64,000 bases of DNA from positions 62,863 through 126,862 of IMG/VR virus record IMGVR_UViG_3300025887_000010. One strand, given 5' to 3'. This DNA comes from a virus. Positions 63,364 through 64,000 of the stretch are shown here, piece by piece. Each line of letters opens with the position of its first letter. Positions within the stretch are counted from its first letter, which is position 1. A model generated the notes under the pieces. The model ran no database searches. It was given only the letters and a program-made list of their open reading frames with translations, and was not told where the DNA came from. The position numbers were made by a program, and so were the translations under genes.

Positions 63364-63733
63364 AGGTCCAACCTAGCGATGATCTGCTTGGCGTAGTGGG
63401 CTTGCGCTGCGGCCTTTGCGTCATCTTTTGGGCCGCGCCAAATTACGTCGCTACCAAACTCATGGCATACAATCCCAAACGACACCTCGGCTAGGTCGAA
63501 ATCCGTCTGGTCAATTTGATAGAATGCAGAGAAGTCGCCGGATATGCAGATGCTGACGTAAAAACCACCGTCGCACTCCTCCGGTCCCCACTCCAAAGGC
63601 TTCACGCATTCATGCAGGCGGGCGATGATGGATGCTGCTACAATTTTTGGGTTTAAGACCCCTGCCCGTAGCCTCGATCATCAAAGCATTCAGCCTTGCT
63701 AACGTCTATCGCAATCATCTCACTTAGGTTCAT
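63360..63733 (-). pseudogene. VKPLEW-motif accessory gene with an apparent -1 frameshift in a G run
   Basis: AAGGAG RBS + ATG 63733 reads MNLSEM...GYGQG; adding one G at 63659-63662 joins it to VLNPKIVAASIIARLHECVKPLEW...; length is 3n-1. Confidence 0.55.
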
Positions 63734-63781
63734 TGTCTGTCTCCTTCAACTGTGCCAGCTTGGCCTCGGCGGTGAAATTAC

Positions 63782-63967
63782 TCATGCGGAAATGTCCTCT
63801 GGATCGCGCAATGACGCCAAAAACTCCCATGCGGATACGGAAGCAAGATCGCGCTCATTATTGTCAGAAATGAGAGAAATAGCATCATCAACATCGCTAT
63901 CAGACGCATTTGGGTTTGCGCTCAAGTACTCGAAAAATTCATCAAGAGACATTTGACCTATCCTCAT
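63782..63967 (-). CDS. Hypothetical acidic protein
   Basis: AAGGA upstream; 61 aa. Confidence 0.65.
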   Translation of the reverse strand: MRIGQMSLDEFFEYLSANPNASDSDVDDAISLISDNNERDLASVSAWEFLASLRDPEDISA

Positions 63968-64000
63968 CCTTAAATATCTGCAAAAGAGCAGGGTGTATTC

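Overview
The window is part of a large T4-superfamily (contractile-tailed) phage genome. The host is most plausibly an alphaproteobacterium such as a Rhodobacteraceae member, inferred from a class II B12-dependent ribonucleotide reductase and an Omp25/RopB-like outer-membrane protein. Core genes recognised by motif: UvsW (truncated by the window edge), type II topoisomerase (fused gp39/60, and gp52), amidase endolysin, gp48, gp53, gp4, gp18, gp19, gp54, gp26, gp51, gp7-like, gp8, a VrlC/DUF4815-like protein, fibres/whiskers, RNase H, NrdJ, a DinG-like helicase, UvsX, gp41, gp44, gp62, gp43, gp17 and gp5. Gene order is strongly rearranged relative to T4. About 20 early promoters (GTGTAC-N18-TAnnnT) drive clusters of small accessory genes, and a candidate late promoter TAAAATA precedes virion genes. 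The most unusual observations are: (1) a four-copy, length-conserved 87-89 bp intergenic element with a covarying hairpin whose loop is usually GANTC; (2) an accessory block encoding a nucleotide-sugar dehydrogenase and an outer-membrane beta-barrel; (3) atypical residues in the polymerase nucleotide-binding pocket; (4) a gp5 without a recognisable OB domain; (5) single-base frameshifts confined to small accessory genes. No tRNA, CRISPR array, integrase, reverse transcriptase, intron or intein was recognised. All family assignments come from reading motifs by eye; no database search was run.
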